A DNA stretch of 33,602 nt, from NCBI RefSeq assembly GCF_000281045.1, contig NW_008246114.1, positions 200,508-234,109 on the forward strand. Direction: 5' to 3'. The DNA comes from Saprolegnia diclina VS20. Its lineage: Eukaryota. A program made the translations under genes and the position numbers. How positions within the stretch are numbered: the stretch's first letter is position 1; the number at the start of each line of letters is the position of its first letter. Positions 13,286 through 25,534 of this stretch are shown piece after piece. The notes under the pieces were generated by a model, which made no database searches, was not told the DNA's origin, and was given only the letters and a program-made list of their open reading frames with translations.

Positions 13286-16200
13286 TTAGTCGGTCGGCAA
13301 CATGGCAAACGCCTGCGGGTCGTCGTCACCACTACTTGCTTTGGAGAGAACGCTCTTGGGCGTGGCACCGCGCCGCGTTGTTGTCTCGGGTTGCTTGCCG
13401 ACAACCGTGAAATTGCCTCTGAAAAAGGGCGGTGGCAATGTCGACTGACGAAACACGTCGTCTACGCACACGGCGCTAAGAAATGATTGGCAATTCGTAG
13501 CGCAGTTGTACCATTCTGTTGGTTGTTGGCGCGCCCACCAAGCGTCATGGGCAGTTCCGAGAGCACTGTCGGTGTCTGTCGCCGTCGGTACTTGGTGCGG
13601 CGCTTGGACGGTGTCCCACTGCGCTCGGGGCTCCACCTAGTCGTTTATTGCTCGCATTGTCTACACTTTATCGTGGACCAACCGTACCCGGATGTGTGCA
13701 CGGCGCGAAGCGGCATTTCCATCTCGCCACTGGGCGGCAGGGTTGTATGGGGCCGGGATCGCACCGGGGCCATCGGGACGCCAGGTGTCGCGACGTCAAT
13801 ACCGGGAACGGCGCGCGCCCGCGCCAACGTCTCCATGGACGCAGCCACGTTGGCATACGGCGTCGACGGCGGTCTAGTCCATGTTTACACAAATAAAAAT
13901 GAAGGAAAATACGCAAACCGGCGGTAGTTGATGGGGACACCTAAGAGCGCCTGGAAGCGTTTGGATGGCTGCGCAGCGTACACTTCGGCCGCCGGTGTCT
14001 CGAGCACGAGTGCGTCACCAAAGGACATGGTGTAGTTGTCCATATACCGCCGGTGTTCGGTCGTCGGGCGCAGCTCGGGTGCGAGACACCGGCCGTCGTC
14101 CTCATCCGCGCCGGCAAAGAAAGGCTCGAACGGCGTATAGAGCTCCTTTAGAAACCCGATGCGCTCACGGCGCGCGCGCTCGGTCGCCACGGCATGCGCG
14201 GCGGCGTCTCTAGTCACGACCATTTAGCCGCAATAACCCTAACCGCAAGAGCAAGCGGTACCGGGACCGGGCGTCCTCGGCGAGCATGCCAACGCGGTTG
14301 GCGGCCATGGTTTCTGCATCGTGCCGACGCGCCTTGACTATTGCAGTGGCAATGAACCGCGTCTCGGCCTCAGCGTCGGTCATGAGCGCGCGTTCACGCA
14401 CAAGATCCGCGAGCCGCTGGCGCTCGCGATGCTCTTCGGCGTCCATGGCGGCCGTCTCTCGCTCGCGGGCAGCGTGTTGCCGCTCGAGTTCCCGCTGCGT
14501 CGCGAGTTCTACAACCTATCAGTGTTTCAAGTTGACACAACGAGATCGACCTTTTTGAAACGCGAGAATGCGCTTGAGCTCGACGGCGCGCGCGCGCTTC
14601 TCGGCCTTGCGCTCCTCTTCGCGCTCTTTCTCGGCGAGGGCGAGCGCCGCCAGCCGCTCTTCTTCCGCAATGCGAAGCCCTACAAAGATGCATCTTGGGA
14701 CGGGTCTTAAGCATATCCAGGTGCCATACGATCGAGGCGGTCCAGCTCCAATTGACGAAGCCGCTCGAGCTCGCGCACCTGGCCACCAAGATAGGTATGC
14801 GAATGTATCGAAGAAAACATGTACCTCGCGCACTTCGGCCTCTTCGTCGCCGTTGTAGAGGCCACAACCGGCGCGCCACCCGAGGCCCGCGATGGCGTAC
14901 GCATCTTGCGCGCTCGGTAGCGACGAAAAGAAGTACGATTGGGTATAGTCGCGGGCGGCGCGGACGCGGGGCGCCGGCTCCTCGACCACCTCGTCCTCAT
15001 GCTCGTCGTCCTAGCCGCCGCTAAGATAATGGTCTCCATAACAGGTACGTACCATGGACCGCCAGAGCTGCGCCGCCGCATCTTCCGACTCCATTTGCGC
15101 GCGGTTGCTCAGGAGCATCTCGTCTTCCCACTGCTGGCGCTCCTTGGCCTTGCGTTGCTTGGCGAGGGCATCGTAGTCGATTTTTTCGCGAACTTCGACA
15201 ATGGCCGGCGCTTCGAGCACGGGTTTGACCTCTTTAATTTCGATCGGCGGCGCCACAACGGGCTCGGGCTTGCTTTTCACTTCATCGACGTCGAACGCCA
15301 AGCGTGGCGCCGGAGCAATCTCATACAAAAGCGGGCGTGGCATCCGCCCGAGCTCCAGTAGCATCTGGAGCCGCAGCTGCCGCTTGAGCTTGAGCACCTG
15401 CCCAACGACAATATTGTCAATGCACGACGCATGATATCGATAGTACTTTTTGTTTGAGAAATTCGACGCGCGCCAAGTGCTCGGCGTTGGCGACTTGAAA
15501 GTACCAGTCGTGGTACACGTCACGATGCGCTTCGAGGTCTGCATCGCGGTGCAGAGGCGGTTTGCCCGGCTGATGAAAAGCCTGCAGCGCCGTGTAGAAC
15601 GCAACGTCAATGCCCACTTGCGATGCGGCGACTTTGACCTAACTCGTCGTGGATTAGGGTTGTCGACATAGCCGCAAATACCGTCTCGTCGGCCGCTGCT
15701 TCTTTTGCCTCGTGCCGCAAAAACTCCATGCGCGTTGGGTTGTTGGTCGTTGTCCACCACGTCAGAAAGGCAGCGCAGCGCTCCCGCACGAGTCCTTCGT
15801 CGTCTACATCCCAAGTGACACATTGTCAAAATTTGAATGTAAATTCAACATTTTCGTGAAACGTTTGAAAAAACACGAAAATCAGGAAAAATCAGGAAAA
15901 CATGATAAAAATGAGGAAAAAATGAGGAAATATCACGCAAAATCACGACAATGAACGTACCAAGCGCCAAGGCACTCACTTCGTCGGGCAAAATGATGTG
16001 GTGGCGCATGGCTTCCAAGCGCACGCGCACGTCGTTCATGGCGAGCGCGAGCTCTTTCTCTTGCTCGACGGTGCTCATGCTTTCCCATGGCACAAATTCG
16101 AGACGCGTGCCATCGGGAAGCGCAATCGGCTGGAAAAAGTCAAGTTCCAGCGCCACCAATTCCGGAGGCAGCACGATCTTGGGGACCGGCACCGGTCGTT

Positions 16201-19200
16201 TCAACCTACACACTCCCATTTGACGAAAACATATCAGCAAATCGACGGGCGATACCGCTGCAGCATGATCGCCGCAGCTTTCGAGGCCGCCGTCATCCGT
16301 GTGAGCTCCCGCTTCTGCAGCACTTCAAAGTCATATTTGGCTTGCTCTATTTGCTGGAGGCGTTCGCGAAGCAGCAGCGTACGCTCTTCTAAGCGCGACA
16401 TGCGCTTCGGCTCGTCGTCAGCTTCGTCCACGAGCCATTGGAGCTCGTCGACGCTTCCGGCTACGAGACCGCGTGTATACCTACCCCTCGTCAGCTCCGC
16501 CCTTGGAACTAACTACGTACCAGAGACAGAAGCGCGCCCAGCGAAAAAAGAGGGGACTCGCGTGGTTCTGGCTCTCGGCGTCCGAGGCGCGGGGCACCGC
16601 CAGACCAAGCATTTGCGTCTGCTTGACCACATCGTCATGGGAGAGCACGTACAAGAGCTCTTGTTTCAAAAACAGTTTTCGCGCCTACACGACCCAAGAC
16701 TTCAACCCGACTTGGATCCAGAAAAGGTACTACATTCGATTTGTGGAGGTACCACAATGTGTACCGGTTCCAGACCGCGCGGTCGGTCGCTGAGAGGTCC
16801 CCATCGAGGGGCGCTGTCGGCAAATCGACACAGTCCACCTCGGCGGCGTGCAGCACGGCAAGACACAAGACACTGCACTGCAACTCGACCATTTGCTGCG
16901 ACGACGAGAGGTCGACCCATGGCAGCTCGAGCATCTCAATCGAGAAGGGCTGGGGGGCCGCCACAAGTGATGCAAGGGGCGCCGAAGGAATGAGCGCCGT
17001 GCGCCGCCGTGCCTAGCCATGCAGCGGATACGTATCGGTGCTGCCATAAGATCTTACAGCGGCTTTAGTCTGCACTTGGAGCCAGAACGCCGGGCCGTTC
17101 TCGATCGTGGCGGGCCGCACAGCCACATCGACAATGTGTACCTCGGGGGGCAATGCTTCTTTGTGTTCCAATAACGTCATCAGTGGCTACACAACAGGCA
17201 TCATGAATGACTAGATGCAGGTACGTGAAGAAAGGTGCACCATTGGCAGCTGATTTTGGATTGCTGCTTTGCGAGGTCGCGCCGCCGTGTCGAGCTTGTA
17301 CGTGGGGTAGTGCATGCTTAGACTATCGCAGTGTTGGCTTGAAACGCCGTAGGCCGACACGACATTTAATCGCTTGGGTGTTGCTTCCAACGGCGGTGGC
17401 TTGGTCTTATAGGTGCGGGGGGCGCCGCGGGCGAGCGCGGGGGGCAGCCACGGGGTGTGCTTTTTGGCCTTGGTCTTGGCGCGTGATGGCGGAAAAATCA
17501 TCTAGCGCCATATTAGGACCTGCATAGGATACGTAGAACAAAAGACCGGCGGTGCATTCACATCGTCGTCGTCGTCACTGTCGTCCTTGGCCGAGAGGCC
17601 ATACATGTCGGATGACGCGAGGTTCGAAGAGACCTACAAGTCTCTCGCTCAAAAGAGGAGGTGCACCCGCGTACTACCGTGTCGACGAGGGTGTGACGCG
17701 TCGTCGACCGGGGCTTCTCTTCGACGTCCATATGCAGCTCGATGATGGGCGCCGTCATTTCCACGTGCACAAAATAGTCTTTGTCTAAATAGACAATATG
17801 TCTGCAATCCCAACGAGGAGATGAACGCACCCGTGTCGGGCACGTCCGGGATTGAGGGCAAGGGCGGGGGGCGAGGTGGCGACGAGGGCGCGACGACGCT
17901 TGTTGGCGCAGACGAGTCGAGGGCGAGCGCCACGAGCGCTTTTTTCGAAGCTGGCATGACGCAGAGCTTGTCGAGGCTGTGCGGAAAGCATCCGACAAAC
18001 GTAATAGAGCCGCTACGCACAACTCAGTACTGAGAGACGCAAGTAGATGTACGGTGTGGCGGTGGCCGAGAAGAAGGTGCCGCACACGGGGTGGCTCGTC
18101 GCGATGCTTTGAAACGACAGCAAGGACGCACCGTCGAGCGACGTGCCAAAGAGCCAAAAGAGAATCGAGCCGTCTTTGGCCGACGTGGCCAACAGTGTAA
18201 ACTAAGTTGGACACATTGTCTCTCGCAAACATAGAAAGAGAGAGACAGACGTCAAGGTCGGGGGTCGCGCCGATGATTTGGTACACGTTGATGTCCGCGA
18301 TCGGTCGCGCATGGGCGTGGGCGACATGCGCCACCGCCTTCTTGGACGTACCAAAGTGCAGCGCTACAATAAGATCCCATCTCAAAATGATTCCCAAAAA
18401 GAAATATTGAGAAATACGCGTGGCCAGTGGGAGCTTCCACACTTCGACGCTGCCTTCGTCCGACCCCGCGCAAATGTAGTTCATTTCAAGGCCGCGCGCG
18501 ACGGTCAAGTGGTTGGAGAGCGTCCGGAAGCAGCCCACGAGCAGCCATTTTCGGTCCAGAAAGTCCCACTGCTTGACGTTGCCGTCGCACGAGACAGTCA
18601 CCATCGTGCTCGGCGGCGTCCCCCCCGGCGGTTTGGCCGACGCAAGAGGACTCAAAATCGCGAGCACGCTATCCATGGTCGTCGAGATACGTGGTGGATA
18701 CTTGGATATACCTGTCGGTGTGGGCCGCCATGGGCCCGAGGTACGTCGCGACGTGGTCGTGGAGCTGCCACGTATCGAGGCTCCCATCGGCATCGCCCGC
18801 AGTAAAGAGAAAGCTCTCGCTGTCAGCGGTATTGTTGGTCGCGCAAGCAAACGCACAGACACAGTCGGCAATCACACCTAGCATGGAACTATCAAGTTGA
18901 CACTCTGGACGCGAGCGCGCACCCGACGGACGCTTCAAAAGCTTCCAGCGCGTGCCGGTGATCGTAAAGAGGTCGATGGCGCCGTCCGACCAGCCGACGA
19001 CGCACTTGGCGAGGACAGGTGCATAGTCGAGAAACGTAATGATCGGGTTCGAGCCGTCTTGGATCTCAGCGCCGTCGTTGCGGTCGGTTGCGAGGGCTGA
19101 GACGGCAAGGCACGCATCCTCAAACACCTGCACGAACGCATTGCCAAAGAGCACGTAGCCTCGGCGCAAGGCCGCGCCCCGCGTCGCTTTCGTAAACCCG

Positions 19201-20743
19201 AAATCCTATGCCGTCAATAGTAAGAATATCAATGTATCAAGTCTACCCGCAGGTTGTACAGGCGCGTCGACGACGTGAGAAGACGCGAGGTCGACGACGG
19301 CGCGAGGACTTCGAGCTGCGCGAGTGTCCCATTCGCATGCAGGAGACTGATGTAATTCCGCGCGGCAAAGTGAAAATTGCAGTGAATTCCCGTCCAGGCG
19401 GGTGCTACCCCGAGAATCCTCTCAAATCATATCAACTTGATGCATGACGCACCCGTGTCAGTGGTCGAACGCATCGTCAGTGATGACGTAGGGAGGCCAA
19501 GGGGTGGCACGTAAAAGCTGGCGACGCTCAAGCTATACCCAGTCGCTTCGATTTGGAAGAGCGACACATGCCCTGCGCGATCGGTGACAACAAGGCTCCC
19601 AAACCCTATCACGTCAACTTGCCACGGGATCTTGTCCATATAACTATACCTGGCTTGGTGACAAAGGCCCCGTCCAAGCGCGTCCTCGACGGACTCTCGA
19701 CGACGGTCGTCAGCTGTAGCGCAACAACGTTGGCACAGACGGTCAGCGGTGTGTCTTCCACAAGAGAGGTGCCTTTGGCTGTGTCGTGGACGACCCACAC
19801 ATCAAAGCGCGCCGTCTCGTCCGCGTACACAAGCAGATGCTGCGTCGGTGGCACGTACACTAAGAAGCGTACGCTTCGATCCTCGGCGGCCTTGGGCAGT
19901 CGCCAGATAACATGGCCGGAAACAGCGTCAAACATACGAATGCTCCGGGCCGACGCTGCGAAAATACGCTGATTGTCATCGTCGACGCAGACCCGGTGCC
20001 ACACGGTACTCTAGTCGGCGGTTCCTTTGATCGGATGATGGACAAGTTGTCTGCAATACCTTGGTATCTTGGATGTGCAGTCGCTGGGGGCACTTGACAG
20101 TGTCGCGCCGGAGACTCGGATGACTCGCCGTCGGTGGGCGCAGGCGCGCCGACCATACCTTGAGGCCACCGTGCGTATCGGCCGAGAGCACTTCGTGGCG
20201 GACGCTGTTGATGACGCAGTCGAGCACGTCGCCTGAAAATATCTCGACAAAGGCAGGTTTGAGAATCGAGAGTACCGTCGGCGCAGAGAAGCGTGGCATC
20301 GTCGAGGGTGTTGGCGTTCGCACTAAGCAAGCGCACGGTCACCACGGCGGCGAACTCCCATCTCAATCGAGCGATGTACCTTAGAAATTTGCGATAAATC
20401 GACGAGCCTTTCTGACTCAAGACCAAAAACGCGTTGATCTACGCCGTTGCTTTGAGCCATTTCGTATCGGCGAGCGCCACGTACCCATTCGATATACAGG
20501 AGCCGAAGGAAGCGCTCGCCGTCGGCAGCAGGTAGCGTGAGGCGGCGCTACAAAAGGGCGTCGTCGTCTTCTTCGGCCTTGGCATAGCGCTGATACCTCG
20601 AGCTTTGTGCTCACGTTGGCGTAGACAACGAGGACCGACCCGTCCGTGACGGCGAGCGCGTCACCGCGTAAGTTGACGTCGCTGTCAACGATGGCCGCGA
20701 CGTCCAGCGGCGTCGTCTCGTGCAGCACAAGCGTGAGATCCAT
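13286..20743 (-). CDS. Large multi-exon protein: N-terminal WD40 repeats, Pro/acidic linker, C-terminal coiled-coil region
   Basis: WD-like repeats: VLSADTHGGLKVWS, CVVGWSDGAIDLFTI, LFTAGDADGSLDTWQL, MVTVSCDGNVKQWDF, ICAGSDEGSVEVWKL. In-frame GT-AG splicing links the WD half to the E/R/K-rich half across 17700-16960. Terminal exons splice to ...FAMLPTD* at 13286. Not every internal junction was checked. Confidence 0.7.
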
Positions 20744-20784
20744 CGTCGCTCTGTCCCGTCGAGGTCGGGAAACCGCCGATGCCG

Positions 20785-20814
20785 ATTGGCTCGCTTAGCG
20801 CGGCGTGTGATTGG
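20785..20814 (-). promoter_or_regulatory. Paired CCAAT boxes upstream of the WD40 gene
   Basis: GATTGGC twice (ATTGG at 20785 and 20810), about 40-70 nt upstream of the ATG at 20743. Confidence 0.55.
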
Positions 20815-21447
20815 CCGAATGCATATCCTACCTCCAAACACTGACGACGAGCAGTCGACTTGACAGCATCCGCCATGTACCAACAAGTGTCCGCCGAGCG
20901 ATGAACAACGACATGTCGCTCGTCAAACGCGCTGCCATGTCATTGGTGTCCCTGCCCACGGCCTTGATGGCAGCTGGCGACCTTGCCTTTTTCGTAAGAA
21001 AATAGTGTACGAATCGCTGTTCATGAGGGTTGTTCCTTGGCTCCATTATCATGCATCAAGCGCTGGCACCGCCGCGTACGCAGGCGTCTGATGGAGCAAG
21101 CATGAACCCTCGAGCTCGTGTACGAACGGCGACTGCCATTCGCACAGCCTTCCCATCCAGACGCGTGCGCCAGACCCATTCCAGTACTACAACCACCCAC
21201 GCCCAACGGTACTTGGACGTCGGCGCACTTGTCGAGTATGCTTCTCTGTTTTGTACATAGCGTACGGCAACAAGAAGACCGCAACGACGCATGTACAGGC
21301 GCCTCCATCGCTGTTGCAAGTGCGTTCTCACACGATTTCCGGTCCAATTTGCACTTTCTTCCAACACTATTTCAGAACGAAGGCTTGTAGAGTTTGGATA
21401 TTGCTGCCCGGCCACTACGGAATCGAAGACCAAGCCAGCTCATCAAG

Positions 21448-24400
21448 ATGGAAGGCGCCAAGGTATACGTCCCCGACGCCAAGGCGGTGTGGGCGCCGGC
21501 GACGGTCCTCCGCGCCGAAGACGGCGGCAAGCGGCTCTTGCTGCGCGTTCTCGACGAAGCCACCAAAACGAGCGCCGACAAGTGGGTCGACCTGCGCGAC
21601 GAGGGCATGCCCGAGGCCCTCCCGCTGCAAAACGTGCTCGACGCCAAGCATGGCGCGGCGACGCTCCAGGACGTCGGCGTCGAAGACATGTGCTCGCTCA
21701 ACCATCTGCACGAGCCAGCGATCGTCTTCAACCTCCGCACGCGCTTTGCGGTGCAGTGCCCGTACACGTACACGGGCAGCATCGTGGTCGCGATCAACCC
21801 GTACGCGTGGCTCAACCTCTACTCAAAGGAAACGCAGCGGCTGTACGCTGGCGACCGCTCCGGGCTGCCGCCGCACGTCTACGCGACAAGCGCGGCCGCG
21901 TTCGAGTCGATGGCGCTCTACGACCGCCCGCAGAGTACGACTCGGATTCCATTGCCCACTGCGCTCACATTGCATTGCATCTAGGTATCCTCGTCAGCGG
22001 CGAGTCGGGTGCAGGCAAGACCGAGACCGTCAAGATCATGATGGAGCACCTTGCGAGCCTCAGCACGGACCCAAACATGAGTATCATCGACAAGGTGCTC
22101 AAGTCCAACCCGCTCCTCGAGGCCTTTGGCAACGCCAAGACTGTCCGGAACGACAACTCGAGTCGGTTTGGCAAGTTTACGCAGCTGCAGTTTGACGCGG
22201 ACCAGCGCATGGTCGGCGCAAAATGCCGGCACTACCTCCTCGAGAAGTCGCGCGTCATCGGCCAAGCCGAGTACGAGCGCAACTACCACATCTTCTACCA
22301 GCTCAAGGCGTCAAAAGAGCCCGAGTGGGCCCTCGCCGAGACGACGTTCACGTACCTTCGCGACGATGCACCGCTGCTTCTGGACGGCGAGACGGACGCA
22401 ACACGATACCAGACGACCCGTGACGCGCTCTCGACGATCGGCGTGTCATTCGACGAGCAAATGGCGCTGCTCAACGCCCTCGCCGGCATCCTGCACTTGG
22501 GCCAAGTGGCATTTGCGACCAAAGCCGAGAACGCCGAAGAGTGTGCGCCCCTCACGTCGTCGCCGCACTGGGCGCACGCGTGTCGCCTGCTCGGGTTTGA
22601 GGTCGACCCGACCGCCTTGGGAAGCGCGCTCTGCAGCCGGACGGTCAAGGCGCGCATGGAGGTCTATGTCGTGCCGTTGACGATCGACCAAGCGACGGCC
22701 AACCGCGATGCACTCGCCAAAGAAGTGTACGCGCGCCTCTTTGGCCACCTCGTGCAGCGGGTCAATGAGAGCATCTCGAACGACGAGGCCATGGTCGGTC
22801 ACATGGATCTGCTCGACATCTTTGGCTTTGAAGCGTTCGAGACCAACCGGTTTGAACAGTTTTGTATCAACTTTGCCAACGAAAAGCTCCAGCAAAAGTT
22901 TACCCACGACGTCTTCAAGAGCGTCCAGGACGTACGTCACGCTTGATACGTTGATAGTATTTGTGTTGTTGATGATATATGATAGGAGTACACGCAAGAA
23001 GGGCTTGGCTGGACGTACGTGAGCTTCCGCGACAACCAAGACATGCTCGACATGCTCGAAGCGCCGCTCGGCGTCATCTCGCTCCTCAACGACGAGTGCA
23101 TTCGACCGATGGGCAACGACCTCGCGTTCTGCTCCAAGGTGCTCTCGACGCATGACGCAAATCCGCGCTTGGACAAGCAGCGCGCGCGGGTATCTATCCA
23201 TCTATCCATGTATCCATCTATCCGAATCCTCAAATCGATCGGTAGCTGAGCGCAGCGCACTTTGCGTTGCGGCACTATGCAGGCACCGTCATGTACCACG
23301 TTGAAGCGTTCGTCGATACCAACAAGGACGCGCTCTCGTCCGATGTCCTCGCGCTGCTCGGCGCCAGTGCCAACACCATCATCGCCAGTGTCTTTGAACC
23401 GGCACCGATCAAGAAGCCGAGTGTCCTTGGCGGCCGCCGCCAGTCGACCGCGTCGTTCATGGGTACATGCTCTCTCGATTCTTCTTTTTGTTTCAACTTG
23501 ATATGTTTAGGCGAGACGGTCATTTCCAAGTTCAAGGCGCAGCTCACGGGTCTCATGGCCGACATTAGCGATACGCAGACGCACTACATTCGGTGCATCA
23601 AGCCCAACAGCGCAAAGTCGAGCACGCTCTATGACGTGCCGGGCGTCATCGAGCAGCTGCGCTGCGCCGGCGTCGTCGAAGCCATTCGCATCTCGCGTGC
23701 GGCATTTCCCAACAAAATGTCGCACGAACGCTTCTTGCAGCGGTTCTTTGTCATGTGGAAGGATGACGCGCCGCCGAAATCGGGCGCGACGGTCGCGACA
23801 GCGTGCGTCACGGTCGCGTCCGGGCTGCTCGGCGCGCCCGAGTCCAAGGACACGTTCGTCATGGGCTCGCACCATATGTACTTTGCGGCCAACGTCCTCG
23901 AAGACCTCGAGCACCGGCGGATCCTCTTTGTGCAAGACCGTGCGATCGCGATCCAGCGCGTCTTCAAAGGGTACGCCTCGATACCTCGATACCTCGATAC
24001 CTTGATACATTTGGACGCGATGAGACTTATCAAACACTTGATATATAGGTACCGCGTGCGCAAGATGTATACGCGTGTGCGCTCGGCCATTGTTCGGCTG
24101 CAAGCCAACTTTCGCCGCCGCCAACGCCGCCGCCGGTTCCAGCTCGTGCGCCGACGCTGCATTCTCTTGCAGTCGCTCTGGCGCGGTCGCCACGCGCGGT
24201 CGGCGCTGCATCAGCACAAGCTGTACACGAGCGCGGTTGTCTTGCAGCGCAACTGGCGCACGTACAAGGCCCAAAAGTCGTATTTGCGACTTCGCGCCGC
24301 CGTCGTCGCGATCCAAGGCCAAATCAAACAACGCAAGCTCGAGGCCAAGCGCAAGCTCGAGGCGGACGAGCTGGCCAAGCAGCAGAGCATCGAGCACGAG

Positions 24401-25394
24401 CTCCACGTGCTGCAGATTCGTTTGGACGAGGAAAAGGCCATGCGCGCCCAAATGGAAGCCGCCAACTCGACGCTCCAGCAGCAGCTCCAAGACGAGCAGC
24501 GACCGTCGTCGCTCGCGCGTGGAAGCGCCGACGACCTCTCGCTTCTGGTACGACTCGATGTTTGTGTTTTCGTCTTTTTCGTATTTTTCGTATTTTTTGC
24601 GTATTTTTTGCGTACTTTTTTCAAAATGTGCGTGTTTGTGTCGTGAACGGGCGACTTGAACGCTATGCGTAGGACGACTCGGGCCGCATGCTCTCGACGC
24701 TGCAGCTGCAGGTCACCAAGTGGCGCGACCTCCACGCGTCGGCGTCCCACGAGCTCGAGGGACTTCGGTCGGAGAACAAGCGCATCAAGGAAGCGTACAC
24801 GGCGGCCGGCGCCTCCTTTGCAGCGCTCAACCAGCACAACAAGCAGCAGTCGAAAGCGAATCTGCGTCTCATGAGCACCCACGCGGCGCTCATCAAGAGC
24901 CAAGAGGAGAAGATGAAGAAGTACATCAAGCAGGTCCACGACCTCAAGGAAGAGGTCCGGCTGTCGAAAGCCTCGACGCTGCACGACGATAGCACCCAAG
25001 ACGTACGCCTTTGATTCCTCTCTGGTCGTGATGTAGCACTGTGGTGTAGCATGTGCTTCAAGTGCTTCGGGATGCCCGCGTGTCGCCCGACGTCCTGGCC
25101 AAAGTCCGCACCTGCTTTGACGGCAGCGCGCCAACGTACCGTCTTGTTGTTGAAGCAGCTCACATGGAAATGCGATACGACTGTAGGCACGAGGTGGAGA
25201 TCGACGAACGGCACTCGGACGCGTACTCGATCGGCGAAGGCTCGACGGCGACGACGGCGGCAACGACCAACTGGGCCCACCCGCAGGGCAAGATGCGTCC
25301 GTCGAGCACGAGCTCCATGTACTACGACGACGAGAAGCACCGCAAGTCCAAGATCGGCGGCATGTTCAAAAAGATGTTCAAGAAGGACGATTAG
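21448..25394 (+). CDS. Myosin heavy chain (motor domain, about 4-5 IQ motifs, short coiled-coil tail)
   Basis: Motifs: LHEPAIVFNL, PYTYTG, PPHVY, P-loop GESGAGKT, switch I NDNSSRFGKF, DALAK, switch II DIFGFE, FANEKLQQKF, HYIRCIKPN. IQ motifs: IQRVFKGYRVRK, LQANFRRRQRR, LQSLWRGRHAR, LQRNWRTYKAQ. Glu lies 16 residues before DALAK (TEDS position). Stop at 25394. Confidence 0.95.
23977..24008 (+). repeat. Intronic 8-bp tandem repeat (CTCGATAC)x3 + CTTGATAC
   Basis: Directly visible inside myosin intron 23971-24048. Confidence 0.9.
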
Positions 25395-25534
25395 CTGGAC
25401 TCCTCAACTTGATATATTGATAGTATATACCTCGACCTGATATGTTGATAATTTAGTATATACCCTATCGCCCCGTCGATGGCGTTTGAAACTCAGTCGA
25501 ACTAAAAACAAACGTTTTTGTGAGTAGGACCCAT

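Noticed and set aside
15998..16993. 331-aa plus-strand ORF
   Set aside because: Antisense to the WD40/coiled-coil gene; no recognisable domain.
21251..25263. Long alternative-frame and antisense ORFs over the myosin (e.g. 21251-22195 +, 23507-24490 -, 24211-25263 -)
   Set aside because: Shadow ORFs expected from GC-rich codon usage; Arg/Ser/Ala-rich with no motifs.
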